From contig OX597834.1 in NCBI GenBank assembly GCA_951406725.2, positions 3,162,001 to 3,226,000 of the forward strand: a stretch of 64,000 bases of DNA, given 5' to 3'. Origin of the DNA: Octopus vulgaris. Lineage: Eukaryota. Both the position numbers and the translations under genes were made by a program. Under the pieces are notes generated by a model, which did no database searches, was not told the DNA's origin, and saw only the letters and a program-made list of their open reading frames with translations. Position 1 is the first letter of the stretch. Every line of letters begins with the position of its first letter. Below are positions 23,600-37,079 of this stretch, one piece after another.

Positions 23600-25105
23600 A
23601 AAGATAACGCTTCATCACCTCATCCCATATCTTCCTGGGTCTACCTCTATCACATGCTGCCTCCAAACTTAGAGATCAGCACTTCTTTACCCAGCTGTCC
23701 TCATCCATATGCATCACATGACTGTACCAGCACAGTAGTCTCCCTTTCACATCACATCTGATGCCTCTTATGCCTCACTTTTCTCTCAAGATGCTTATAT
23801 TCTATTGGAACATGCACATTGACATTGCACATCTAGTGCAGCATACTGGCTTCGTTTCTCTCAAGCCTACACACTCCTTGGCTGTCACCGCCCATGTTTC
23901 ACTGCCATGTAGCATAGCTGTTCGCACTCAGTCATCATGCAATCTGCCTTTCACTCTGAGGGAAAGGCCCTTTGTTGCCAGCAGAGGTAGGAGCTCTCTG
24001 AACTTTGCCCAGCCTAATCTTAATCTCACAGATACGATCTCGGAGCATCCACCTCCATTACTAACTTGGTCACCTAGATACCAGAAGCTATCTCCTACCT
24101 TTAGCTTGCCGCCCTGGCAGTTGATGGAGTCTATTTTCAGCATTTATTGTACCTATCCACCTTCCACATACAGAAATTAGTTTCCCTGTTAACCTTCCTC
24201 TGATGTTGCTGCACCTATGTATTCAAAGCTCACATCAGGTGCTCTTATGAGTTTCTACCTACACCTTTTTCGACAGGTTGGGCAGGGCTATCCACCTGAG
24301 AGGATTTGTGATTTGTTTGCCTTCCTATTTACTATGAGTTTGGTTTTTGCTAGGTTAACTCTAAGGCCCTTTCATTCTAGACCTTGCTTCCTATACCTGG
24401 AACTTCTGTAGTTCAGGTAGTGATCCAGCTATGAGAGCAAGGTCATCAGCATAGAGGAGCTCCAAGGAGCAGCTTGTCTTGAATTCCTCTGTTATTGCCA
24501 GGAGGACTTTGATGAACAAGAGGGGGTTGAGGACCAATCCTTGGTGAACCTTTACTTGTACCCTGAATTTTTTCCATGTACTCATTGCTAACCTTTACCT
24601 TACTGGTAGCATCCCTGTACAAGGCTTGTACAGCTCTCACCAACCACTCGTCTATCCCTGGTTTCTGCATTGACCACCAGATAATGGATTGGGGGATCTC
24701 TGTCAAAAGTTTTCTCCAAGTCAGCAAAAGCCAAGTACAGAGGTTTACCTTTGGCTAGGTATTTCTCCTGCAACTGCCTCACCAGAAACATAGCATCAGT
24801 GCTGCTTCTACCTGGCACAAAACTGAACTGCATTTCATCTAGACTACCTCTCTCCCTGATTAGTTGGGCTACGACCTCCTCCATAACTTTCATCACCTGA
24901 TTTAACAATTTGATATCTCTGTAATTATTTCTACCTAAGGCATCACTTTTACCTTTATAGCAGTTGACTATGGTGCTGCTACACCAGTCTTTGGGTATGG
25001 CTTGCATGAACCACCTGATTTACAATATTGGTGGCTGGACCATAACCCACACTGCCAGATATTTTAAGAATTTCAGCAGTGATTCCTGATGGGCCAGGTG
25101 CTTTC
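23600..25105 (-). mobile_element. RTE-clade LINE fragment (RT domain, decayed)
   Basis: NYRDIKLL, QFSFVPGRSSTDAMF..LQEKY..LAFADLEK, HQGLVLNPLLF and LLYADDL. Confidence 0.9.
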
Positions 25106-25382
25106 ACTATGTGTGTGTATGCATGTGTCTATATGTGTACCTGTATATACACACACACATGTGTGTATATAAATATAATTTTATTTTATTTTATTTTATT
25201 TTATTTATATAAAATTTTTTATGTATTGGATTAAGTCTTTCTTTGTTTGATTTGCATAATAGTGGTTTTGTCTCTAATTAATATTATATAATATTTTACT
25301 ATAAAATTGGATTCAATCCTAAATCTGATTTTTCCCTGTAAATTTGGATTTATTCCCTAATATTTATTATTATTAAATATAC

Positions 25383-25435
<53 letters not shown>

Positions 25436-25475
25436 TATATATATATATATATATTGTTGTGTCTAGGTAGAGTCA

Positions 25476-26740
25476 TTAGGTTGTCCAGAAAGTGCTGAGT
25501 GTTTTTAATCTAAATCTTTTAACGCTTCATTGAACACACCTGAAGCGTAACACAGTTAAAACTTTGGCATTGCTTGAAGTGGTAGTGCGTCTCTTCTTTG
25601 TTCCAGACAGATTTATCTTTCTCTCTCGCTTACCTTTTATTGACATTTGAAATGGAGAACCACAAATTTCATGTTCGCGTTGTAATGCTTTTCTGTTTTA
25701 AAAAAGGAGAAAATGCTGCAAAGACCTGCAGAAACATTTGTGAGGTTTATGGTGATGATGATGCTGTTGGTGAATCAACTGTTCGAAGGTGGTTTGCAAA
25801 ATTTAAAGCTTGGAAGATGACAGTCACAGTGTCAAAGTTGGATGAAGATGTTGTGAAGGCAAAAATCAAAGAAAGTTCAAATATCACGACTCGAAAACTT
25901 GCAAAGGAGTTGGAAGTTTCTAAAATCACGGCTCATGAACACCCAGTGAAGCTAGGATACATCTCTCATTATAATGTATGGGTTCCTCACAAACTCTCTG
26001 AAAAGAATTGCTTGGACTGGTATCCTGTTATGCTTTTGAAACAGAATGAAAGCATGCCTTTCTTTTTAACAACTTGTGACTGGAGATGAAAAATGGATTG
26101 TGTACGAAAACAGTGCATAAATGATCCTGGAGTTTGCATAAGGATCCCCCAAAATAGCAGCCAGAGATAAATAACCATACCAAAAAAGCTATGCTTTGTG
26201 GTTGGTGGGATCATAAAGGCATTATTTATTATTGAACCTCATTCCTTCAAAACCAGACCATCAATTCTGATGTGGACTGTTGTCAGCTGGTTAATTTGAA
26301 CCAAAAACAAAGAAATCATCAAATTATGGAGGCCAGAGATTGCCAATAGGAAAGAGGTAGCGTTCCAACAAGACAATGCCTGACCACATGTGTCTTTGGC
26401 TACCCAAACAAAGTTACATGAACTTGACTGAGATCTCTTACCTCTTCCACCATATTCTCCTGATATTGCATTACCTGACTGCAACTTGTTTTTGTCTCGA
26501 CAAAACTCATTGCAAATAAAAACATTTAAAGATTTAGATGGAGTCAAAATGCATCTAGATAACATTTTTCTTCAAAACCAGTCAAATCTTATGCTGACGG
26601 AATATTTAAATTGCCTGATAGAAGTGCAAAGGTCAATAATAATAGAAATTATTTCATTGAATAAAATTTATTGAAGGGTCAATTAGTTATATCCCTTTTT
26701 ACATATTAAAAAAATGCTCAGAACTTTGCAGACAACCTAA
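25476..26740 (+). mobile_element. Full-length mariner fossil (1265 bp) with a decayed transposase starting at 25652
   Basis: TIRs ttaggttgtccagaaagtgctgag / ctcagaactttgcagacaacctaa followed by TA; WVPHKL, FQQDNA and YSPDIA motifs. Confidence 0.9.
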
Positions 26741-26912
26741 TAACTGAAACACGCTCTGGTTCAATTCTACTCATTAAATATCCGATTGTTTTGTTTGTCA
26801 GTGATTCCTGATGGGCCAGGAGCTTTCACTATGTGTATGTATGCATGTGTCTATATGTGTACCTGTATATACATACATATATATATATATACATATATGT
26901 GTGTTTGTGTAG

Positions 26913-26943
<31 letters not shown>

Positions 26944-27197
26944 GGTCCTGGGTTGAGTCAGGGTTAACCACAGTAAATAAGGTACTCAATACCTTTTGCA
27001 CCCTTCTCGGTGACTATTAATTCAGTTCGTTAGAGAAGCCATACCTGTTTGTTTGTTTCAGATTTTGTTGCGTGCATATGTGTGCATGCACATGTGCTTG
27101 TGGATGTGCATATGTATGTATGTATTCCTTTGTGGTATTATGTTGCACTGAGCTGTTTATACATCGGTTTTTAATTATCTTTATATATAAGTATATA

Positions 27198-27617
27198 GGC
27201 GCAGGAGTGGCTGTGTGGTAAGTAGATTGCTAACCAACCACATGATTCCGGGTTCAGTCCCACTGCGTGACATCTTGGGCAAGTGTCTTCTGCTATAGCC
27301 TCGGGCCGACCAAAGCCTTGTAAGTGGATTTGGTAGACGGAAACTGAAAGAAGCCTGTCGTATATACGTATATATATATATATATGTATGTGTGTGTTTA
27401 TGTTTGTGTGTCTGTGTTTGTCCCCCCCCAGGCATTGCTTGACTACCGATGCTGGTGTGTTTACGTCCCCGTCACTTAGCGGTTCGGCAAAAGAGACCGA
27501 TAGAATAAGTACTGGGCTTACAAAGAATAAGTCCCGGGGTCGATTTGCTCGACTAAAGGCAGTGCTCCAGCATGGCCGCATTCAAATGACTGAAACAAGT
27601 AAGAGAGTAAAAGAGTA
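27198..27617 (+). mobile_element. Full-length tRNA-derived CORE-like SINE with internal (TA)n/(TG)n
   Basis: CpG-rich copy. Others at 31800-32197 (-), 47875-48294 (-) and 49180-49555 (+). Confidence 0.9.
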
Positions 27618-27647
27618 AGTATATATATATATATATATGTATGTATA

Positions 27648-28458
27648 CTAGCAGGTGTACCCGGCGTTGCCCAGATGCATTAGTTCGAAAAGGCTTTGAA
27701 ACTAATGAAGCAATTAACACCCCCCATCTCCCATAAGCACCTTTCACGCTTTATGGCAAGAGTAACACCTAAGTAACCCTTTAAGGGAACCACACCTGTA
27801 ATATTACGACAGCAATCAAGTGAAAAAATTACTACAGCAATAACGTAGGACTGAAATAGGGCACCAGTACAGCAAGTCTACAAAACTTCCTTATAAACAA
27901 CATTTTTAGTTTTCCCCCGGGGTATGAAGGCATTTAAACTGTTCCTACCACCTACTCTTGAGCAGCCAACGTACAGCTGACCGTGTGAAAAGCATGGTTC
28001 AGCTAAGTAAAGTGACAGACACCGACTGCCCCTGGGACTTATTAATGGACATGGCGTAACTGAAACTAATCGGAAACTGCACTCTGCAAAATGTGAACGG
28101 TAAGTCAGCAGCCGAAGGCACAAGGGGAATTTGCGGTATGAAAACGTCTGGACCCTTACCACAGACGGTCATACTCAATTTCATTTTTACCAAATAATTT
28201 ATGAAGGAGGGAATGGGTTATTTCCCTTGGAAGCTTAAAAATAATTACACCCACCGTTCAACTGCACCCAAATGTTCTTCCTCCACCATTTGCCCGAACA
28301 TTTTTCGAAATCAATTTATACTTAAAACCTCCCCAGACACATAAGCAATGTGTGTGTGTGTAGTTTAAGAAGAATTGGTTCAGTCATTTAGGCACAAAAC
28401 GAGGACATACCGATACACACACACACACACACAGACATTTCATTTTTAATATGTAAGA
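27648..28458 (-). mobile_element. Non-autonomous Helitron carrying a Pif1-like helicase C-terminal fragment
   Basis: 5' TC, 3' hairpin plus CTAG, inserted at A|T; residues [27 protein letters not shown] and FSHGQLYVGCSRV..KTKNVVYKEVL. Confidence 0.88.
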
Positions 28459-30026
28459 TATACATTTATGTATAAATCTATGTGTGTATTTAAACTTGCG
28501 TATATATATATGTATACATGATCATAAGGTTGGGTTTCCAGTTCTTGGACCTAGAAACTTGATGTCCTTCAGCAAGATACTTTTTTTTCACATTATCCCA
28601 GTTTACTCAACTGAAAATGGTGCTGGGGATGATCTCTCTTTCTCTCCCTACCTACCTACCCACACCAACAGCAGTTTTCAGGCAATGATGGGGGACAAAC
28701 AGATGTGCACATGCACATGTGCACACACATATGTGCACATGCATGCATACATATATGGGCTTCTTTCAGTTTCCGTCTACCAAATCCACTCACATGGCTT
28801 TGGTCAGCTTGAGCCTATAGTAGAAGACACTTGCCCAAGATGCCATGCAGTGGGACTGAACCTGGAACCATATGGTTGGTAACCAAGCTCTTACCACACA
28901 GCCACACCTGCACATATGCTAATGAACTTAATTCATTATCTAGTATAACACCACCTCCACCACCAACTTGAAGCTAAATTCTTCAGTTCCTCACATCAAG
29001 GACCATAAATAAAAGGGGTGAGGCAGGTGCTGTCGTCTAGCTCCACTCAAATGAATAAATAAAGAAGACCCAGCAAGCCAAGTGGGGCTGTAACCATAGC
29101 CTATTCCAGTACAGCATAACCTGTCCATTTAAGAATACCCTTCAATCATTGGGCGATAAACTGTGCTTGAGAAGACCTGTTGAGCCAAGTGAAATCATTG
29201 TCGTGGCCAATGCCAGTGCCACCTGACTGGCTCCCATGCCAGTGGACCGTAAAAAGCACCATTCAAGCGTGGTCATTGCCAGTGCCGCCTGACTGGCTCC
29301 TGAGCCTGTGGCACATAAAAAATACCATTCGAATGTGGTCAATGCCAGTGCCGCCTGACCGGTTCCTGTGCCAGTGGCACGTAAAAAGTACCCACTACAC
29401 TCAAGGAGTGGTTAGTGTTAGGAAGGGCATCCAGCTGTAGAAACCTTGCCAGATCAGATTGGAGCCTGGTGCAGCCTACTGGCTTGTCAGTCTTCAGTCA
29501 AACTGTCCAACCCATGCCAGCATGGAAAGCGGACGTTAAACAATGATGATGAAATCGTGATTGGTTTCTAAGTATTATTGATTGATTTTATCAGACATGT
29601 GATGGCTGCAGCAGCAGCAGCAGCCGTGTTTGTATTATTAATGATGGCTCCACTAAAACCTCACCCAGCTTATCAGAACGGCAGGAAGGTAACACCTGGG
29701 TTTTCAAATTACCTTGGCATCATTGCCTACACAACCATGCAGTGAACAGAGGAAGAAAAATACAATAAAACCATAAAAAGGTAATCACAGCTGGCCACAT
29801 TGTTTGATGAGGATCAGTCCATTATCACCACCACCCCTCCTGCCTCCCTCACTCTCACTTTCTCTCTCCTCCCCTCCTCTCTTTGTCTTCTACAGTTTGT
29901 GGGGTGGTGGGGTAGTGACCATCCTTAAGTCATTGGCTCTAGAAACTGTGTGAATAATTTATGAGTCATGTCAAGACTAATGTGTGTGTGTGTGTATGTG
30001 TCTGTATGTATATATACATATATATG

Positions 30027-30059
<33 letters not shown>

Positions 30060-30079
30060 GTATATATAAATGTATGTAT

Positions 30080-30460
30080 GTATATATATGTATAAACTGG
30101 AAAATGGGCATTAGTAATGTGGAGTGGCTTGAGAGGAGTGGCAGTAGATATATAAGGTCAATGATTTTGCAAAGACGTTGGGGGGGGTGGGGGGATTTGA
30201 TAAGGATGATTGATGAGCGACTGCCCAAGCAGCTATGGTGAGTATGGTGAGCTGGAAGATGGCAGGGGACCAGCGCATAGGCCTAAACTAAGGTTTAAGG
30301 GTTGCCTTAAAACTACTCTAATACAGACAGGAATTGCAGTTGGTAATTGGGAGAGGGAGGCACAAGACCCTTGAAGGATGGGGGAAGATAGTGCATGATG
30401 GTTGTTCAAGGTTTGAGAGGGAGGGAGTGAAGTATGAGAGAATTAGGAGGGGGATTTGAA
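30080..30460 (+). mobile_element. Decayed RTE-like LINE 3' fragment
   Basis: WGDLIRMIDERLPKQL..YGEL..G.PKLRFK-like translation. Confidence 0.55.
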
Positions 30461-30862
30461 GGGGGGGGGACCTGGGGAAAGTGAGAGAATGTTGCTTTTC
30501 ATGTGTTTGGCTTGTAGGCGGAGGTGTTTGAGTCATGCAGGCCTGGTGAGCCATCAAAATTCTCATAGAAATTGACCCATGATAAACAATGATGTGACTA
30601 TTAAAATTCATGACAGAACGTGAGTAAAATGTGGAAGGATGTGCCTCTCAGTTCTTGGTCTAAAAGGACATTTTAGGAGAGTGCATTTGGTGGTACCTAC
30701 TTCTCCTGCCAGTACAATTGTCCAGTATGTAATAAAATGTGTAAAAGCTTGGCCTGGCATAAAAGTCATATAAGGGCAGCACATGGCAACAATCATGAAT
30801 CATTTCAGTAAGTCTTCTTGGCAATGGCTTTTCTCATGTAACAAGGATGTAGCTATGATGTA

Positions 30863-30907
<45 letters not shown>

Positions 30908-30909
<2 letters not shown>

Positions 30910-31312
30910 ATCTTTTCGGTTTGAACGGCAGTTTTTAACATAATTTCTAGGTAACTAAAAAATTTTAAACTTCGTATACTGGTAGAATGTGTTTATAAAT
31001 CATCTTTTTCTCTTGGCTTTATTGAGAAAATTCTATAGTTTGTAAGACATTTGTTGTTTTTTTTCTTTAATTTCTGCAATTTCAACCAATCAATGACGTC
31101 CATTGAGGTAATAAACATTCTGTGTCGAATGAATATGTCCCTCATTTAAGAAACAGATTGGGTTTATTTACATTTGTGAAGAAAAAGAGATACCCTTCCA
31201 CCACCCCTAACCCTAAAAGAGATTGAAATGCAATAGATCGATTCTAGGGTCATAATTATGAGTGACAATTTCATATGACACCGCTAGAAAAAACTGCCGT
31301 TCAAACCGAAAA
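30908..31312. mobile_element. About 405-bp MITE with perfect 24-bp TIRs, inserted in (TA)n
   Basis: ttttcggtttgaacggcagttttt at 30913-30936 and its reverse complement at 31289-31312. Confidence 0.85.
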
Positions 31313-31390
31313 AAAAAAAATATATATATATATAAATGTATATGTATATATATAAATGTATATGTATATATATATATATAAATGTATATG

Positions 31391-31424
<34 letters not shown>

Positions 31425-31435
31425 ATATATATGTA

Positions 31436-31490
<55 letters not shown>

Positions 31491-31494
31491 GTAT

Positions 31495-31527
<33 letters not shown>

Positions 31528-32339
31528 AATGTATATATATATATTCGCCATGATAGATTGCTAGCCACTACACATTCTTTATTTTCTCTCCTTGTTTCTT
31601 TCTTTGTTCCTTTCTGTGGAAGAGCGTAGGCTCGAAACGTTAAAGACTTTTTCACTTCCCGAGCATTATACTAATACATCTGTTTGTTGTCAACACCACC
31701 TATCTTCATCTTTTGTTTTTTTGTGAATTCTCCCTATATATGTATATATGTGTGTGTGTGTATCTATATGTATATATATTTGTATATGTCTCTCTTTAAC
31801 TCTCTTTAATTTGTTTCAGTCATTTGACTGCGGCCATGCTGGAGCACTGCCTTTAATCGAGCAACTCGACCCCGGGCCTTATTCTTTGTAAGCCCCGTAC
31901 TTATTCTATCGGTCTCTTTTGCCGAACCACTAAGTGACGGGGACATAAACACACCAGCATTGGTTGTCAAGCAATGCTAGGGGGACAAACACAGACACAC
32001 AAACATACACACACACACACACATATAAATATATATACACATTCTTTCAGTTTCCGTCTACCAAATCCACTCACAAAGCTTTGGTCGGCCCGAGGCTATA
32101 GTAGAAGACACTTGCCCAAACTGCCACGCAGTAGGACTGAACCCGGAACCATGTAGTTGGTAAGCAGGCTACTTACCACACAGCCATTCCTGCACCTATA
32201 TATATATATGTATATATGTATATATATGCGTGTATATATATATATATATGTATATGTATAAATATGAATATGTATATATGTATGTGTATATATATGTATA
32301 TGTGTGTATATGTATGTATATATATGTATATACATATAT

Positions 32340-32951
32340 GTTTCAAAACCCAGTCATAGTGCTGTAGGAGTTGTGAGGCAGCTTGGTCATTTTCTTCTAG
32401 GAACCTTATCAACTTCTTTCTGATGATTCACTCCATCACTTGACTGATTTGCAAAGTCAGAGAGATTGGCTTCTAGATTTTTGGCCTTTGACCCTTGTGA
32501 CTAGGGCATGTAATGCCGTCTTTCAGCTTTTTAGGAAGTATACCACTTGCAAGGAAACTTTGTAAAAGTATCTGAAGTGGTTTTGCTAAAGCTTACTTAG
32601 ATGAGTCCAGGAGAATAGCTGGGAGGCCATCAGGACCAGTGACGGAGTACGAAATCAGTTCATCTATGGTCACTGTTACACCTCTTCTCTCAATGTTGAT
32701 GTAATCAATGGCTCGCGCCTCCCTTTTTAGTGCTGCAACATCAAAGAATTCAGCTGGATTTTTTATCTGCATTGTGTCCAAGTGGGGAAGTGAAGACACT
32801 TTTAAATTGTTCACTTATCCTTCCTGGGTCCAATGTCAGTGTGTCATTCCTATGGAACAATGGCCTTATTTTATACAGTATTGTGGCTGTTTCCTTTGCG
32901 AATTTATCGTAAACTTTGGGATTTGTTTTTGTGCTTTCCACAGCTCCTTTT

Positions 32952-32985
<34 letters not shown>

Positions 32986-33570
32986 CTCTGCTCTTTCCCT
33001 TTCATGAGAGAGTTTGATCTTGTTTTTCAATTTCTAGGACCATCCACATTAAGATGGACTTCTCCTTATCCTTCAGTTACCTTTTCAACCACTTTTACAC
33101 CTTTGACCTGCGTCTCATGAGGATTTTTTCTGTCCCTGGGAATCTTGCTGGCCCTTCTTTCGGGGATATATTTAGTGCATATAGCTTGCACTGTTGACAT
33201 AAACTGGCTAAATTTCAAATCAGTGTCTTGCATACATAGAATGTTGGATCAGTTTCATTTGTGGATCTCTTTGCAGATTGATTCCTATTTTGCCTTATGG
33301 AAATTCAGGTTGGATAAGGCTTGAGCCCATCTGATAGGGTAGATACCAACAGTTCACGCAGGACCATACATAGTTAGTTAAACAATGTTGTGATCTGAGA
33401 GTGCTGTTGGTGTCACCTTCACATTACAGAGAAGGTCCACATTATTTGTGAAGCAGAGGTCCAATATGTTGTTTTCCCTAGTTGGCCTGAGTATCACTTG
33501 CTCCATGAACAGCCTATTAGGAAGTTCAAAGTATGACTCTACATGCTTTTGTTCATGCAGTGACATCCCA
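32340..33570 (-). mobile_element. CR1/Jockey-group LINE fragment (endonuclease end to RT start)
   Basis: EQVILRPTRENNILDLCFTNN..SDHNIV and GPDGLPAILL. Confidence 0.8.
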
Positions 33571-33596
33571 GAGAGGACGCCTGTGCATGTCTGTAT

Positions 33597-33631
<35 letters not shown>

Positions 33632-33689
33632 CACGTATGTATGTATATATTACTGATCTATAATAGCTATCCCTTTGATAGGTCTCCTT

Positions 33690-34020
33690 GTATGAAGTAC
33701 AATTGTGTTGTCTGTAGGATGAACCCACAGGTTAACTGTAAGGTTAGAAATGTAGTGTATAGCTTACAATTAACTGAGGGATGGTGCAGAAACATGACAA
33801 CTACCTACATTGGAGAGACTGCACGCAGCATAGGAGAGCGAATAGATGAACATTGGCAAGAGCTCAAAGAAGGGCTCTATCAACATGCTCGGGCAGAACA
33901 CAGAGGCTCAAATAATAGCATAGAGGTTAAAGTACTATTGACACATACCGTATGGCCTGACATAGTTTCAGAAAATATTGGAAACATATGTCACTCATTT
34001 ACAACTATTGATCACCTGAT
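33690..34020 (+). mobile_element. Penelope-like GIY-YIG endonuclease fragment
   Basis: NCKVRNVVYSLQL...YIGETARSIGERIDEH...LYQHARAEH. Confidence 0.8.
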
Positions 34021-34549
34021 ATCAAGACAATCACACACGTATGTACCTATGTGCGTGTGTGTGAATAAGTGGTGATGAGCTTCTGTCAGTTTCCATTTAC
34101 TAAATCCATTTACAAGGCTCTAGTCAATCCAAGACTATGTCTGCACCTCTAAACCAGGGCATAAATGTCAAAAATTCTCACCAAGTGGACCTTTACTAAG
34201 TGAAGTTACTAATCTCTGGTCTAGAATTTCCATAATTAAATTAGTTAATTAACTGTTTTAATTAATTACATGTTTTGTGGTGGTATATGGCTTAGTGGCA
34301 AAGATGTTGCACTCACAATTGTAAGATCAATTCCCAGACCACACATTTCCTTTTGCCCCAGTCCACTCAGCTGTAACTCTGCAATGGACTGGCATCCTAT
34401 CCAGGGGTAATGTTGTAATTTCAGTTACTTATATACTATAGAAATGAGGATAAGTCCTGGGGCTCACAACGGACCTAATTATTATGCTTTATAATTAAAC
34501 AATTACAAATAGCCTATAATTAAAGTGTATTGTTTGTTTATCTCTTCAG

Positions 34550-34722
34550 GACTACCAGCCGTTACTGTGCCAACTCGATTATCTGCCAAGGGATTACCTC
34601 TTGGAATACAATTAATTGGCAAATGTTTTGGTGAACAGGAACTTCTGTCAGCAGCAAAATGGATAGAAGTGGAGAATAACTTCCCGTCTTTGGACTTGTC
34701 ATTCCTAGATGGTGACAGCTGA
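34550..34722 (+). CDS. QRSL1: QRSL1 last coding exon H (LPAVTVP...GLPLGIQLIG...LDGDS*)
   Basis: tcttcag acceptor; GLPxGxQLIG amidase C-terminal motif; TGA stop. Confidence 0.95.
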
Positions 34723-34762
34723 CACCAACATCACCACCACCATCATCATCATCGTGTTTCTA

Positions 34763-34768
34763 ATTAAA
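34763..34768 (+). promoter_or_regulatory. Candidate polyadenylation signal ATTAAA of QRSL1
   Basis: First AATAAA-variant hexamer after the stop codon, followed by GT-rich sequence. Not verifiable without transcripts. Confidence 0.25.
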
Positions 34769-35789
34769 TAATTGCTGTTTTGAGTTTTATCTAATTGTGT
34801 TATCATGGTTAATTTTCTTCTTTGGTGATTATTGGAAACTCAATCTCATATGTTATCTATGTATGTGTTGTGTGTGTTGTGTGCGTGTGTGTGTATGCAT
34901 ATGTGTGTGTGTGTGTGTATGTTGTATGTATATATGTGCATATGTATGCCTGTCTTAAGATTATATCAAGTGATACAAATGCAGACAAGCACTATAGCAA
35001 AACTGCAGATAAACCTCCAGAATAATCTTATGTGCTCATGTATCATCGTCATCATCATCATCATCATCGTTTAACGTCCATTCTCCATGCTGGCATGGGT
35101 TGGACGGTTTGACTGAGGTCTGGAGAGCCAACGGCTGCACCAGGCTCCAGTCTGATCTGGCAATGTTTCAACACCTAGATGCCTTTCCTAACGCCAACCA
35201 CTCCGAGAGTGTAGTGGGTGCATTTTACGTGCCACTGGCACAGGAGCCATTCAGATGGACATAGCATCGATCATGTTCGGATAGTGCTTTTTATGTGCCA
35301 CAGGCACTGGGGCCAGTCAGGGGATACCGGCATTGGCCACGTTCGGTTGGTGCTTTTTATGTGCCACCAGCACAAGAGCCAATCAGGGGGTACTGGTATC
35401 GGCCATGTTCGGTTGGTGCTTTTTACATGCAACCAGCATGGAAGCCAGTCAGGCAGACCTGGCATTGACCACGTTCAGATGGTGCTTTTACATTTTTTTA
35501 TGTGCCACCAGCATGCGAGACAGTCAGGGGGCTACAGCTAAGATATTGGTTTTTACTTGACTCAACAGAGCTTCTAAGCATATCATATCACCCGATGCAT
35601 CATCGGTATTCTTAACAGGGCCAGACATGCGTGGTTGCAATCTCACTTTAGTTCCCGGGTCTTCTCAATCACAGCGTATCTCCAAAGGTCTCAGTCTCCT
35701 GTCAATGTCTCTGTGAGGCCCAATGTTCGAAGGTCATGCTTCACCACCTCATCCCATGTCTTCCTGGATCTACCTCTTCCACAGCTTCC

Positions 35790-35831
<42 letters not shown>

Positions 35832-36046
35832 GGCACATGGCTCAGTGGTTAGAGCATCGAGCTTATGATCTTGAGGTTGTGAGTTCAATTTTCGGACCGG
35901 GCTGCGTGTTGTGTTCTTGAGCAAGACACTTCATTTCACATTGCTCCAGTTCACTCTAGAAATGAGTTGCAATGTCACTGGTGAACACATTTGTTTTCGT
36001 ATTTCATGTTGTTTACTGTTGGTGATGTCCTTTACCCATACATGCA

Positions 36047-36095
<49 letters not shown>

Positions 36096-36505
36096 CTCAC
36101 TAGCAGCGGATTCTGTCTTCCCGCTAGCAATATCATCTCTCAGTATATACACATGTTCTTATGTATACACACCCCTAACCATAAATATTAAAAACCATTA
36201 AACAAAATATAGAATATATTTTAATATATTGAGTTTTATATTTTATATCTCTTAAACAATATATTGACTGGATGGGCACAGCTGGAACACATTTGTGTCA
36301 TTCTCTATCATAGCAATCATTGAAACCGAAGTTGAAATTCAAGGCATCTATATTGTTGACACAATGTGTTAACAGACACCATATACAAAGCAACACAAAA
36401 TCTTTAAACAACTCTTCTATCATTGATGCATCTCAAATGAAACTCCAGCTGCAGACAATAAGGAACAACTCACTTTACACTTTACCTCTCTGTCATTTCA
36501 GTGTA

Positions 36506-37079
36506 TCTGTATATATAAAAGGTAAGATGTGTGTGTGTGTACGTGAATGTAATTTATGCACGTCCACAAAATAGCATGCATGTCGCTCCAATCTTAGGAG
36601 GACATTCATTATGACCCTAGCTGTATTTTCGTCAACTTATTTTTCCCAGAGGCACCAGCGAATAGCAGTAAAAAATAAATTCTGAACCAAAACTTTTAAC
36701 AATTTTCAAGTTGGAGAAATCAGCATTGTTCGCAAACAGGAGTTAAGTCCCCTTCTAGCGATGAGCCAGTTTTTGTTAAGACTTTTGTTGGGTTTTTTTT
36801 CCACCGAGGAAAAAAGTGTTTTGTTGATAAACGGGCAACACACACACACACACACACAAACATGTATGCATACAAAAAGCATGTATGCAATAGGTGTATG
36901 TACATACATGTGTGTATGTATGTGTGTGTGTTGCCCATATATATATATATATATATATAAACCAATTTCAACGGATTTCACCCAAATTTGATGTCAATGT
37001 TGGTTTGGTTTGAAATAAAGAACTTGATTAGCTTAATAATCCTAACTTAATCCCGGGCAAAGCCGGGTTATACTGCTAG
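36506..37079 (+). mobile_element. Non-autonomous Helitron
   Basis: a|tctgtatatataaaa 5' end; cccgg-gcaaag-ccggg hairpin followed by CTAG|T. Confidence 0.75.

Larger units (their letters stand above)
412..34722 (+). other. QRSL1: QRSL1/GatA gene span (5'-partial; 8 coding exons, about 1496 nt CDS in window)
   Basis: Eight segments of amidase-signature/GatA sequence join in frame across GT-AG introns. Phases at successive exon ends are 2,2,1,0,1,2,1. The Lys-cisSer-Ser triad motifs AIKDN, GGSSGGS and GSDTAGS are present. Confidence 0.96.
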
